A DNA stretch of 64,000 bases from Gammaproteobacteria bacterium. Its GTDB lineage: Bacteria > Pseudomonadota > Gammaproteobacteria > UBA5861. The notes below the pieces were generated by a model that did no database searches, was not told the origin of the DNA, and saw nothing but the letters and a program-made list of their open reading frames with translations. The position numbers and the translations under genes are program-made. Each line of letters starts with the position of its first letter. The stretch's first letter is position 1. Positions 41,201 through 49,277 of this stretch are shown one piece after another. The DNA lies in contig JAKSCV010000073.1 in NCBI GenBank assembly GCA_022360445.1, forward strand, positions 657-64,656, in the 5' to 3' direction.

Positions 41201-41717
41201 GCCGCCGCTGTCCCTGTCTCGTATCCCTCCCGCCGCCCGGGTCAACGAAATGGAGTTTCACTTTTCCGTCGAGCAGTTGAGCGCACATGGCTTGATGCAT
41301 GCCATCACAACACATGCCCCCGAGCTTGCAAACAAAATAGGGGGGATCGAGTTCCGCTCGCTGCAAGGCTATTTGCATGGATTTATCGATCTGATTTTTG
41401 AGGTTGAAGGACGCTTTTATGTGGCCGATTATAAATCGAATCACTTGGGTGAGCGCCGGGATGATTATACTGAGCTGCGCATGCAGGCCGAAATGAAACA
41501 CCATCATTACTACCTTCAATACATTATTTACTGCATCGCCCTTCACCGGTATTTGCGCCAGCGAATACCTTCGTATCAGTACGAAACCCACTTTGGTGGC
41601 GTCTATTACCTTTTTCTGCGGGGCATGCGTGCGGGCACAGCGCAAGGTGTGTACCATGACCGCCTGCCTGAAGCACTCATCCATGCACTCGACCAGGCAC
41701 TGGCAGACGCGACATGA
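38199..41717 (+). CDS. recB: Exodeoxyribonuclease V beta subunit (UvrD-like helicase + PD-(D/E)xK nuclease)
   Basis: Walker A ASAGTGKTWTI. 1172 aa. Confidence 0.95.
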   Translation: MTMPMPLDPVQVPLEGINLIEASAGTGKTWTISGLYVRLIVEQNVPVDSLLVVTFTEAATQELRDRIRSKLVKTQEAFEAGASDDFLIQGMLDQVPDKVQAGRQLSAAIRNFDQAAIFTIHGFCQRILADYAFESSQPFDAEVITEQSVLIQEVVDDFWRKKQADIPPWLISYLFSKGVHPDSLLEDSHSYIGKQHLDVEQPVLPALDELHVHYLSAYQEAAETWQSNQVAIRGLFLESTALKKNIYQPANMVGRLESLSDYFSTGLMVDEIALDLPKGFEYFTLEKIKSSIKKGQTAPEHVFFEQCQALLDAHALLEAALTTTIKVFKVELLHFANKTLSQRKRARSQLYFDDLLNNVHQALHGEGGESLAQRVRSAYTAALIDEFQDTDPIQYAIFNRLFGNGDYPVFFVGDPKQAIYSFRGADIFAYLEAQQKATRRYTLNANWRSTPTLIEAVNQLFSRVNTPFIYEQIAFHPVQPAQTQREALTVQGDDTAALRFLYLAGEAPDENLSKTKAMEPAAIAVANEIVRLLGKGKATIGERFVTGGDIAVLVRTHDQADKVAHALRKRHVPCVQQMQTHVFVTDEAVELERILLAIQQPSRASLVRAALATHIFAGTSRDLQQLDEQDSAWETYVSRFYHYHQQWISHGFMSMFKALLSDVDAPQNLLALEDGERRLTNVLHLMELLHQAAHDHFLGMEGVIKWLGDQRQAPSSHDDWLLRLESDADRVKIVTLHKSKGLEYPIVFCPYLWGESQSIQYPANVVYHDPDRNNQAVLAMSVEKGSSTAEQAEKELKAENRRLLYVGLTRAVHRCYIVWGNMGPAATSALGALLPGVSRESLAPLVEASAGRIHVGDADTTGHDWYTGLALADTVLMAKAFTRALTPKWRVGSFSGLISGHEEAWPDYDSLDPGTSAVTTIAPENMEEGDTGAGIYDFPKGAQAGSCLHHIYEHWDFTCRDRAALDDQVQETLQLFGFSEDWTQVVADNVEHVLNAALPGEPPLSLSRIPPAARVNEMEFHFSVEQLSAHGLMHAITTHAPELANKIGGIEFRSLQGYLHGFIDLIFEVEGRFYVADYKSNHLGERRDDYTELRMQAEMKHHHYYLQYIIYCIALHRYLRQRIPSYQYETHFGGVYYLFLRGMRAGTAQGVYHDRLPEALIHALDQALADAT

Positions 41718-43546
41718 TGGCGACGGTGGAACAGTGGCATCAGCAGCAGTTGATTTCAGACCTGGATATGCATTTTGCTCGGCTCATAGCCCGTTTGTCA
41801 GAGAATCAGAGTGAATCGGTGTTGACCGCTTGCCTGGTCAGCAAAGCCACGGCGGAAGGGCACACATGTATTGATTTGCACCAGCTGGCAGGAAAGTTCC
41901 TCATGGGGACAGCGGTCCCAGCGCCTGTGTATGAATCGTGGTTTCAGGCCTTGCACAGCAGCCCGGTGGTGGGCGCGCCTGGCCTGTTTACGCCTTTGAT
42001 TTTAACGGCGTCTGGTAACGTTTTTTTACACCGCTATTGGCAGTACGAAGCTCAACTGGCGGGGGATCTTCTTGAACGTGCTCAACCGGTTGAAGCGATT
42101 AATATCAACCGTTTGAAACAGCAGCTGGATACCTTGTTTCCACCCACGGCTAAGCGCATAGAATGCGACTGGCAAAAAGTTGCGGCGGCGGTGGCAGCCA
42201 TGCGTCGGCTGGCGATCATTTCCGGCGGCCCTGGCACGGGTAAAACCACGACAGTTGTGCGTATTCTCGCGCTCTTGATGCAGCAATCTGACAGACCCTT
42301 GCGCATCCGTTTAGCCGCCCCAACCGGCAAGGCGGCTGCGCGGATGATCGAGTCCATTCAAAAAGCAAAAGTCTCGTTACCCGTTAGTGATACGCTGCGC
42401 GCGCATATTCCAGAACAGGCCGAGACTTTACATCGCCTGCTGGGCAGTCGCCTACATACCCACCAATTCCGCTACCATAAAAATAATCCGTTACCGCTGG
42501 ATGTGTTAATTGTGGATGAGGCTTCCATGATTGACCTCTCGATGATGACCCGTTTAGTGAAAGCCTTACCCCAGCATGCCCGGCTGATCCTTTTGGGGGA
42601 TAAGGACCAGCTCTCCTCGGTGGAGGCCGGTTCGGTCATGCGAGATATCTGTCTCGGAGCGGACCACTACACTGAGCATTTTCGGCGGCAATTGACTGAA
42701 GCAACCGGAGAGACCATTGCCACCAGACCTGCAGAATCTGCTGTGGCCGCACGCACGGCCGACAGCGTGGTACTCCTCAAGGAAAGCCACCGTTTTGCCT
42801 CCGGCAGTGATATTGGGCAGTTGGCTCATGCGGTCAATCAGGGAGAATGGGCCGCGGCGATGAATGTTCTGACGACGGGGATTGCTGGCGAAATTCATGT
42901 GTCACAACCGCCTGTCAGCGGCATCACGGCATACTTGATGCGGCAACTGCCGACATATTTGGAGACTTATTTACAAGCTCTGAGAGCAGAAGCGCCGGTT
43001 GAGCAGCTCTTCATGCATTTTGAGCGCTTTCGGGTTTTGTGCGCACTGCGTGAGGGGCCATTTGGTGTTCAAGCCGTTAACACATTGATTGAAAACCACT
43101 TGATGGAGGGAATCAGCAAACAGGGGCCTTGGTATCACGGCCGACCCATTATGATCCATGAAAACAACCCGGAATTAGGTTTATTCAATGGCGATGTTGG
43201 TATTGCAAAATGTAACCAGGAGGGTGAGGTACAGGTCTGCTTTACAGGTCAGTCTGGGGAAATACGCGGGGTCAGTCCACTGAGGCTTCCGGCCCATAGC
43301 AGTGCCTACGCTATGACGATCCATAAAAGTCAGGGGTCAGAGTTTGATCACGTGTTGATCATTCTGCCTGATAAAACGGTTGCTATACTCAGCCGAGAGT
43401 TACTCTACACTGGCATTACCCGGGCGCGCCAGCAGGTCAGTCTGTTAGCCAGCACCAAGGTGCTGGAGGCGGCTATCAAAACCCCGATTCAACGCAACAG
43501 TGGTTTGGCCCAAAAGCTGGCAGACGCGTCTTCCGACAGCGGTTAA
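41714..43546 (+). CDS. recD: Exodeoxyribonuclease V alpha subunit
   Basis: SGGPGTGKTTT Walker A. 610 aa. Confidence 0.95.
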   Translation: MMATVEQWHQQQLISDLDMHFARLIARLSENQSESVLTACLVSKATAEGHTCIDLHQLAGKFLMGTAVPAPVYESWFQALHSSPVVGAPGLFTPLILTASGNVFLHRYWQYEAQLAGDLLERAQPVEAININRLKQQLDTLFPPTAKRIECDWQKVAAAVAAMRRLAIISGGPGTGKTTTVVRILALLMQQSDRPLRIRLAAPTGKAAARMIESIQKAKVSLPVSDTLRAHIPEQAETLHRLLGSRLHTHQFRYHKNNPLPLDVLIVDEASMIDLSMMTRLVKALPQHARLILLGDKDQLSSVEAGSVMRDICLGADHYTEHFRRQLTEATGETIATRPAESAVAARTADSVVLLKESHRFASGSDIGQLAHAVNQGEWAAAMNVLTTGIAGEIHVSQPPVSGITAYLMRQLPTYLETYLQALRAEAPVEQLFMHFERFRVLCALREGPFGVQAVNTLIENHLMEGISKQGPWYHGRPIMIHENNPELGLFNGDVGIAKCNQEGEVQVCFTGQSGEIRGVSPLRLPAHSSAYAMTIHKSQGSEFDHVLIILPDKTVAILSRELLYTGITRARQQVSLLASTKVLEAAIKTPIQRNSGLAQKLADASSDSG

Positions 43547-44319
43547 ATCGCCAGATATTCGTGACGCATTGCTTCGTTATCCAACACTTCCTGGGCGGTG
43601 CCGTCAAAAACGATATTGCCCATATCGAGTATCAAAGCCCGGTCAGCCAGGCGCAGTGCCGCGACGGCGTTTTGTTCCACAATAATGGTAGTAATTCCGT
43701 ATTGCTTAATGTTGTCCACGATGCTGGCAATTTCTTGAACAATGACGGGGGCAAGCCCCTCGTAGGGTTCGTCGAGCAGAAGTAATTTAATATCCCGAGC
43801 CAGTGCGCGAGCCACAGCGAGCATTTGTTGTTCCCCGCCAGAGAGGGTGGTCCCCATCTGGTTGCGACGCTCAGCCAGGCGGGGGAAGTGTTCGTAGATG
43901 CGCTCAATCGACCAGCCCACTGGCGGCGCAATTTGTGCTAGCTGCAGGTTTTCCTGGACGGTGAGGCCGGGGATAATGCGCCGGTCCTCGGGGACCAGGG
44001 CCACACCGCATTGGGCTGCCTGATGCGACTTCACCGGATGGAGAGGCTGGTGGTCCAGCCAGATTTCTCCTTGGGTGACTTGTGGGTTGTCGACCCGGGC
44101 AATGGCGCGTAAGGTTGATGTTTTTCCAGCACCATTTCGGCCTAGGAGAGCGACGACTTCGCCCTCGCGGATATCAAAGCTGACACCCTGTACAATATAG
44201 CTTTCGCCGTAATAGGCATGCATATCCCAACAGGAGAAGAACGCAGGCGCTGAGCCTTGATTGAGTACTTTTTCCACACGGCTGTTCATTGGGCTGCTGG
44301 CGTCTGAGACGTTAGGCAT
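43543..44319 (-). CDS. HAAT-family ABC transporter ATP-binding protein (LivF/UrtE-like)
   Basis: GRNGAGKTSTL and LSGGEQQML motifs. First ATG at 44319, preceded by a GGAGAAG SD. The ORF-track start codon is TTG. Confidence 0.85.
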   Translation of the reverse strand: MPNVSDASSPMNSRVEKVLNQGSAPAFFSCWDMHAYYGESYIVQGVSFDIREGEVVALLGRNGAGKTSTLRAIARVDNPQVTQGEIWLDHQPLHPVKSHQAAQCGVALVPEDRRIIPGLTVQENLQLAQIAPPVGWSIERIYEHFPRLAERRNQMGTTLSGGEQQMLAVARALARDIKLLLLDEPYEGLAPVIVQEIASIVDNIKQYGITTIIVEQNAVAALRLADRALILDMGNIVFDGTAQEVLDNEAMRHEYLAI

Positions 44320-45073
44320 TGTCTGCTTCTCCAAGGTAGGCTTCTTTCACTTTGGCGCTGTTTTTAATTTCCTCCGGGGTGCCGGTTTCAATAATTTGTC
44401 CTTGGGCGAGTACACTGATTTGGTCGGCCAAGCTGAAGACAACATGCATATCGTGCTCAATGATGACTTTGGTCATGCCCCGCTCTTTGATTTTTTGGAG
44501 GAGTTCAATCGTGCGGTTGGTATCGTGCCGGGACATTCCTGCCGTCGGCTCATCCAGCAAGAGTAGCTTGGGGTGTTGGATCAGGCCCATCGCCAGCTCC
44601 AGCCTGCGCTTGTCACCACGCGAAATACTGCCGGCGTGCTGGTTGCAAAGTTGATCAAGACCGACATCGGCCAGAGCGGTCATAGCTTCTTTGTAGATTG
44701 TTTTTTCCCCTGCGAGGCTGCGCAGGGGATTAAAGCAAAATGTGCCATCCCGTTTTGCCAGCGCCGGGATCATGACATTTTGCAGTAAGGGCAGGTCGGG
44801 GAAGATTTCCGGCGTTTGAAAAACACGTACCATGCCTGCGTGGTTGATGTCCCAGGGTTGCAGGCCGATCATGCTTTGTCCATTGAAGGTGACCGTGCCG
44901 GTATCGGGCACTAAACGCCCAATGCAGCAATTTAACAAGGTGGACTTACCTGCCCCGTTTGGGCCGATAATGGCGTGAATGGTGCCTTCCTCGATTTGTA
45001 AATGGATATCGGAGAGCGCACGCAGTCCGCCAAAGGTTTTGTTGACATTGTGAATATCCAGGATGTCACTCAT
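44312..45073 (-). CDS. HAAT-family ABC transporter ATP-binding protein (LivG/UrtD-like)
   Basis: [12 protein letters not shown] Walker A. Confidence 0.85.
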   Translation of the reverse strand: MSDILDIHNVNKTFGGLRALSDIHLQIEEGTIHAIIGPNGAGKSTLLNCCIGRLVPDTGTVTFNGQSMIGLQPWDINHAGMVRVFQTPEIFPDLPLLQNVMIPALAKRDGTFCFNPLRSLAGEKTIYKEAMTALADVGLDQLCNQHAGSISRGDKRRLELAMGLIQHPKLLLLDEPTAGMSRHDTNRTIELLQKIKERGMTKVIIEHDMHVVFSLADQISVLAQGQIIETGTPEEIKNSAKVKEAYLGEADNA

Positions 45074-46239
45074 GTGGCAGGCCCCCTGGATGAGTGTGAG
45101 CGGGACCCCGGTGGATTTTCCCCAGGTGGTTGGTGCCGCCGACGGAACAGGCGACGGAATCGTTCGATGCCTTCGATCAGCCCACCAGGGATGAATATGA
45201 TAATGATCATGAACAACACGCCCAGCGTGAGATGCCAGCCTTCACCCACGAACGGACTGGTGATGGCGACCATCAAGTCGGTCAAAACCTGGGGTAAAAA
45301 ATCAAAGGCCTGGTGAAGCACCTGTTCGTTGAATGCGGAGAAAATGTTTTCAAAATACTTAATCGTAGTAGCCCCAAGAATTGGCCCGAAAAGAGTGCCT
45401 AAACCCCCTAAGATCGTCATGAGTACGACTTCACCCGAGGCTGTCCATTGCATGCGTTCAGCGCCTGCGAGCGGATCGGTAATGGCCATCAGCGACCCGG
45501 CTAGCCCGGCATACATGCCGGAAATCACAAAGGCGCTCAGCAGATAGGGGCGGGTGTTAAAGCCGGTATATTCCATTCTGACCTGGTTAGATTTGATGGC
45601 CAGCAGTTTCATTCCGTAGGGTGAGCGAAAAATTTTCAGCGAAAACCAAAAACCCAGAATCAGCATCACGGCACAAAAGTAAAAACCCGGGTAGCCGGTT
45701 AAGGTCAATCCGAAAAAGTCACTTAAGGGGGAGCTCCCTACCTGGATGCCGAGCGCTGTGTCAATAACGCGGGGGTCGTCCCGCAGAACGCGCAGGCCGG
45801 TTTCTCCGTTGGTAATCGGGGTGAGGACGGAGTAGGCCAGGTTGTAAGACATTTGGGCGAAAGCCAGCGTCAGGATCGAGAAGTAAATGCCCGTCCGGCG
45901 CAGGCTTAAAAAACCAATGGCTGCGGCAAACAAACCGGATAGCAAGATGGCAAACAGCACGGCCGGTATGGCATTCATACTCAGTAATTTGAATGACCAG
46001 ACAGCGGTGTACGAGCCAACGCCTAAAAAAGCGGCGTGTCCGAAAGAGAGGTAGCCTGTCAGTCCAAACATGATGTTATAGCCGATGGCGAAAAGTCCAA
46101 AGATGGCGAATTTTTGCAGCAGGTCCGGATAGCCTGCACCAATCAGCTGGCCCCAGAGAGGCGCAGTCAGTACGATCAGTGCGAACAGTGCCAGAATAAT
46201 CGTATCGCGGGTGCGTGAAGAGGTGATAATCGTTTGCAT
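45070..46239 (-). CDS. HAAT-family ABC permease (LivM/UrtC-like)
   Basis: 389 aa polytopic protein. Confidence 0.85.
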   Translation of the reverse strand: MQTIITSSRTRDTIILALFALIVLTAPLWGQLIGAGYPDLLQKFAIFGLFAIGYNIMFGLTGYLSFGHAAFLGVGSYTAVWSFKLLSMNAIPAVLFAILLSGLFAAAIGFLSLRRTGIYFSILTLAFAQMSYNLAYSVLTPITNGETGLRVLRDDPRVIDTALGIQVGSSPLSDFFGLTLTGYPGFYFCAVMLILGFWFSLKIFRSPYGMKLLAIKSNQVRMEYTGFNTRPYLLSAFVISGMYAGLAGSLMAITDPLAGAERMQWTASGEVVLMTILGGLGTLFGPILGATTIKYFENIFSAFNEQVLHQAFDFLPQVLTDLMVAITSPFVGEGWHLTLGVLFMIIIIFIPGGLIEGIERFRRLFRRRHQPPGENPPGSRSHSSRGPAT

Positions 46240-46250
46240 GGTCTGACTCC

Positions 46251-47249
46251 TTAATCTTTACCCATCAGGCCACGCGGGCGCACTAACAGGATAATCACCG
46301 CAATCAGGTAGATAATAATCTGGTCGATGCCGGGCAAAATGGATTTGACTTCATTCATGGAAAAGAACGATTGCAGAATGCCGAGCAGAAAACCGGCCGC
46401 AACGGCACCGGGCAACGAGCCCATGCCACCTACAACGACGACAACAAACGAGAGGACTAAAAAGTCCATACCCATGTGGTAGTCCGGCGGTAGGATCGGT
46501 GTGTACATAACACCCGCCAGGCCAATCACGATGGTGGCCAGGCCAAAGACAATGGTAAAGCGGCGCTCGATGTTGATGCCGAGCAGGCCAACGGTTTCAC
46601 GATCGTGCATACCGGCGCGAACGACCATGCCAAAGGTCGTCAGGTGGAGGAAGGCAAAGACCCCTGCAATAATCACCGCAGAAAATAAGAGGTAAATCAT
46701 GCGCCACCAAGGGTAGACCAGCCCTTCTATTCCGAAGAGTGCACCGATGTTGGCGCTGCCGGCAACAATATCGGGTGCGCCAACGGGAATAGGGTTTGCG
46801 CCATAATTGGCTTTGATGATTTCTTGCAGAACAATGGCCAGGCCAAAGGTCACCAGGATTTGATCAGCGTGCTCGCGCTTGTAAAAATGCCGGACCAGCC
46901 CACGTTCAACGGCCAACCCGATTAAGAGCATCACCGGAATCGCGATGACAATGGAGATGGGTACGGCGTAATCAATCAGTGCGGTACCGGTGTCGCCCCA
47001 CCATATTTCGAGATAAGGGGTTTCTTTATAGGCATCAAAAAATGTGATGCTTTCATCTTTGACTTTTTTTGAAATGGTGAGCAGGTTTTGGACGCTGACA
47101 GCGACAAAGGCGCCTAACATGAATAGGGCACCATGGGCAAAATTGACTACACCCAGCGTGCCAAAGACCAGCGTTAGACCCAGTGCGATGAGCGCATAAG
47201 CGCCACCTTTATCCAGGCCATTAAGAATTTGCAGTAGGAAAGCATCCAT
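46251..47249 (-). CDS. HAAT-family ABC permease (LivH/UrtB-like)
   Basis: 332 aa polytopic protein. Confidence 0.85.
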   Translation of the reverse strand: MDAFLLQILNGLDKGGAYALIALGLTLVFGTLGVVNFAHGALFMLGAFVAVSVQNLLTISKKVKDESITFFDAYKETPYLEIWWGDTGTALIDYAVPISIVIAIPVMLLIGLAVERGLVRHFYKREHADQILVTFGLAIVLQEIIKANYGANPIPVGAPDIVAGSANIGALFGIEGLVYPWWRMIYLLFSAVIIAGVFAFLHLTTFGMVVRAGMHDRETVGLLGINIERRFTIVFGLATIVIGLAGVMYTPILPPDYHMGMDFLVLSFVVVVVGGMGSLPGAVAAGFLLGILQSFFSMNEVKSILPGIDQIIIYLIAVIILLVRPRGLMGKD

Positions 47250-47327
47250 AAGTGTTACGCATGTGTTTGTTGATCATTGCCAGACAGATGAGCCAGCCCT
47301 GTCGTGGCTGGCTCTTGGCTGTGGCTC

Positions 47328-48668
47328 TTAGGCGTTGCAGCTGCCGAGATCCCCACCCAACATGGAGGGCGGATACTCCACTTTTGCGCGAGGAGTGATG
47401 TCGACCACTTCAAGCAGATCAAATTGTGACGATGGATTTTCGTTGCCGCGTACAACCAGAACATCTTTAAAGCACTGGTGATCCTCTGCACGGTATTCGG
47501 TTGGGCCATTACCCATGCCGTCAAACTTGAATCCTTCCAAGGCGGCAATCACGCCGCAAGGATTGAAGGTGCCCGCCATTTCACAGGCATTGGCGTACAG
47601 CAAGGTTTGCACATAGCAGGTGTGCGCCGCCTGTGATGGCGGAAAGCCATATTCAGCACCAAAAGATTTCACAAAAGCCTGAGACCCGGCGTCTTTCAAC
47701 GACCAGTTCCAGTTGGTGGAGCCAAAGATGCCTTTGATGTTTTCACCCGCTCCCTGAGCCATCAAGCGAGAGAATAGCGGGACAACAATCTGAAAATCTT
47801 TACCATTGACCTGCTTGTCACGCAGCCCGAACTGAACCGCCTGGGTCAGTGAGTTGACCATGTCCTTCCCGTAGTGGTTCAAGACCAGGACATCGGCCCC
47901 AGAGTTCAAAACCGGGGTGATGTATTGAGAGAAGTCTCCTGCGCCCAGTGGGGTCCGAACGGCTGATTGGGTTTTCCAACCCAACGCTTCGGTATATTTT
48001 TTGATGGAACCTTCTTGTGACCAGCCCCAAGTGTAGTCTGCTGTCAAATGATAGGCTACGCGATCTTTACCGAACTCTTTTTCAAGAATCGGGGCCAGCG
48101 CTGCGCCGGACATTTCGGTGTTAAAAAAGTGGCGAAAGCCGTGTTTGCGCTTGTCTTTTCCTGTGGTGTCATTGGAATGAGTCAGCCCGGCCATAAAAAT
48201 GACACCAGCTTCTTGACACAGTGACTGCACAGCAATCGCCACACCGGAGGATGAACCGCCTGTAATCATGACCGCACCGTCTTTTTCTATCATCCGTTTG
48301 GCCGAAGCGCGTGCGGCATCTGATTTTGTTTGAGTATCCCCTGTTACGTATTGAACTTTCTTACCCAGAATACCGCTGCCTTTCAGGCTGAGCGGTTTCA
48401 TGGTATTTAGCAGGCCGCCATCTCCTTCACCATTCAGGTGTTTGACGGCCAGTTTGTAGGCGCGCAGTTCGTCCGCGCCCTCATCGGCATAGGCCCCGGT
48501 TTGGGGGACGTTAAAGCCCAGTGTGACGGTAGCGCCTTTAGGTTCGTTAAGGTAGGCGTGCGCACTTTTCATGAAGATCATAGGGGCGCTGGCGGCTAAA
48601 CCACCAACCGCGGTGATTTTTAAAAAATCACGGCGGCTTTCATTCGTTGTTTTACTGCTTTTAGTCAT
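47328..48668 (-). CDS. Periplasmic substrate-binding protein of the HAAT family (LivK/UrtA/amide-binding type) with a twin-arginine (Tat) signal peptide
   Basis: SRRDFLKITAVGGLAASAPM Tat motif. Start set to ATG 48668, preceded by a GAGG SD. 446 aa. Confidence 0.8.
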   Translation of the reverse strand: MTKSSKTTNESRRDFLKITAVGGLAASAPMIFMKSAHAYLNEPKGATVTLGFNVPQTGAYADEGADELRAYKLAVKHLNGEGDGGLLNTMKPLSLKGSGILGKKVQYVTGDTQTKSDAARASAKRMIEKDGAVMITGGSSSGVAIAVQSLCQEAGVIFMAGLTHSNDTTGKDKRKHGFRHFFNTEMSGAALAPILEKEFGKDRVAYHLTADYTWGWSQEGSIKKYTEALGWKTQSAVRTPLGAGDFSQYITPVLNSGADVLVLNHYGKDMVNSLTQAVQFGLRDKQVNGKDFQIVVPLFSRLMAQGAGENIKGIFGSTNWNWSLKDAGSQAFVKSFGAEYGFPPSQAAHTCYVQTLLYANACEMAGTFNPCGVIAALEGFKFDGMGNGPTEYRAEDHQCFKDVLVVRGNENPSSQFDLLEVVDITPRAKVEYPPSMLGGDLGSCNA

Positions 48669-48701
48669 GGAAGACCTCACGTTGGCTGTAAGCTTCCGAC
48701 T

Positions 48702-48749
48702 CTTGGTGTTTGGCACCGAGTTCCTCAATCCCTTGGTGTTTAACACCAA
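48702..48749. promoter_or_regulatory. Two tandem 16-nt repeats (CTTGGTGTTTGGCACC and CTTGGTGTTTAACACC, 30-nt spacing), each containing a GGTGTT-N-AACACC-type palindrome. Candidate operator pair in the leader of the SBP gene.
   Basis: Repeats and palindromes are seen directly, 35-80 nt upstream of the SBP start codon. Confidence 0.3.
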
Positions 48750-48956
48750 TCCTCATCGCTTGTTATTTATAAAGGCCTCTGAATTATGGTTATATCAGTA
48801 CCCGACTTAATCAGAGGCGGCTAAGACCAGGTTAAGAGTTATCGGCATGGGGCAGCGGACAACACTGAAAGTGGATAAGGCATAATTTGGGCCAGTTTTT
48901 AAACATTTTAAAAATCAGTGAGTTAACTTGGATTGGGAATGATATTTAACCCGCTA

Positions 48957-48973
48957 TGTTACTTTTGGTAACA
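48957..48973. promoter_or_regulatory. Perfect palindrome TGTTAC-N5-GTAACA, with a third GTAACA copy at about 48990, upstream of cbrX/cbrA
   Basis: Seen directly. The half-sites are identical to the TGTTAC/GTAACA half-sites reported for CbrB upstream activating sequences, but the spacing differs. Confidence 0.35.
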
Positions 48974-49076
48974 CCAGGTGTTCCCATCTGTAACATTTTG
49001 TGATGTAGTTCAAGGTGACAAATAAAAATAAAAGCGTGTTACACGAGCGATCAGAGGTTGCTAAAGGGAGGGGGAG

Positions 49077-49277
49077 ATGTCCCGGCTATTCACCAGAGTA
49101 CGCGTACGTGAATGTACGCTCATCGCAGTTGTCTTCGTATTGTTGTTGTTTTTGTCGCCCGTCGTTGATTTCTGGGCCGGCTTGGGTGTGCCTTGGTACA
49201 CGCCTTATCTTGTGTGGGGCATTGCGATTTTATGTGCTTTTTTGCTGCAACGGTATTTAAAAAAGTATGCGTTTTGA
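49077..49277 (+). CDS. cbrX: Small two-TM membrane protein, CbrX-like leader ORF translationally coupled to cbrA (66 aa)
   Basis: ATG preceded by a GAGGGGGAG SD. The stop TGA overlaps the cbrA ATG by 11 nt (ATGCGTTTTGA). Confidence 0.5.
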   Translation: MSRLFTRVRVRECTLIAVVFVLLLFLSPVVDFWAGLGVPWYTPYLVWGIAILCAFLLQRYLKKYAF

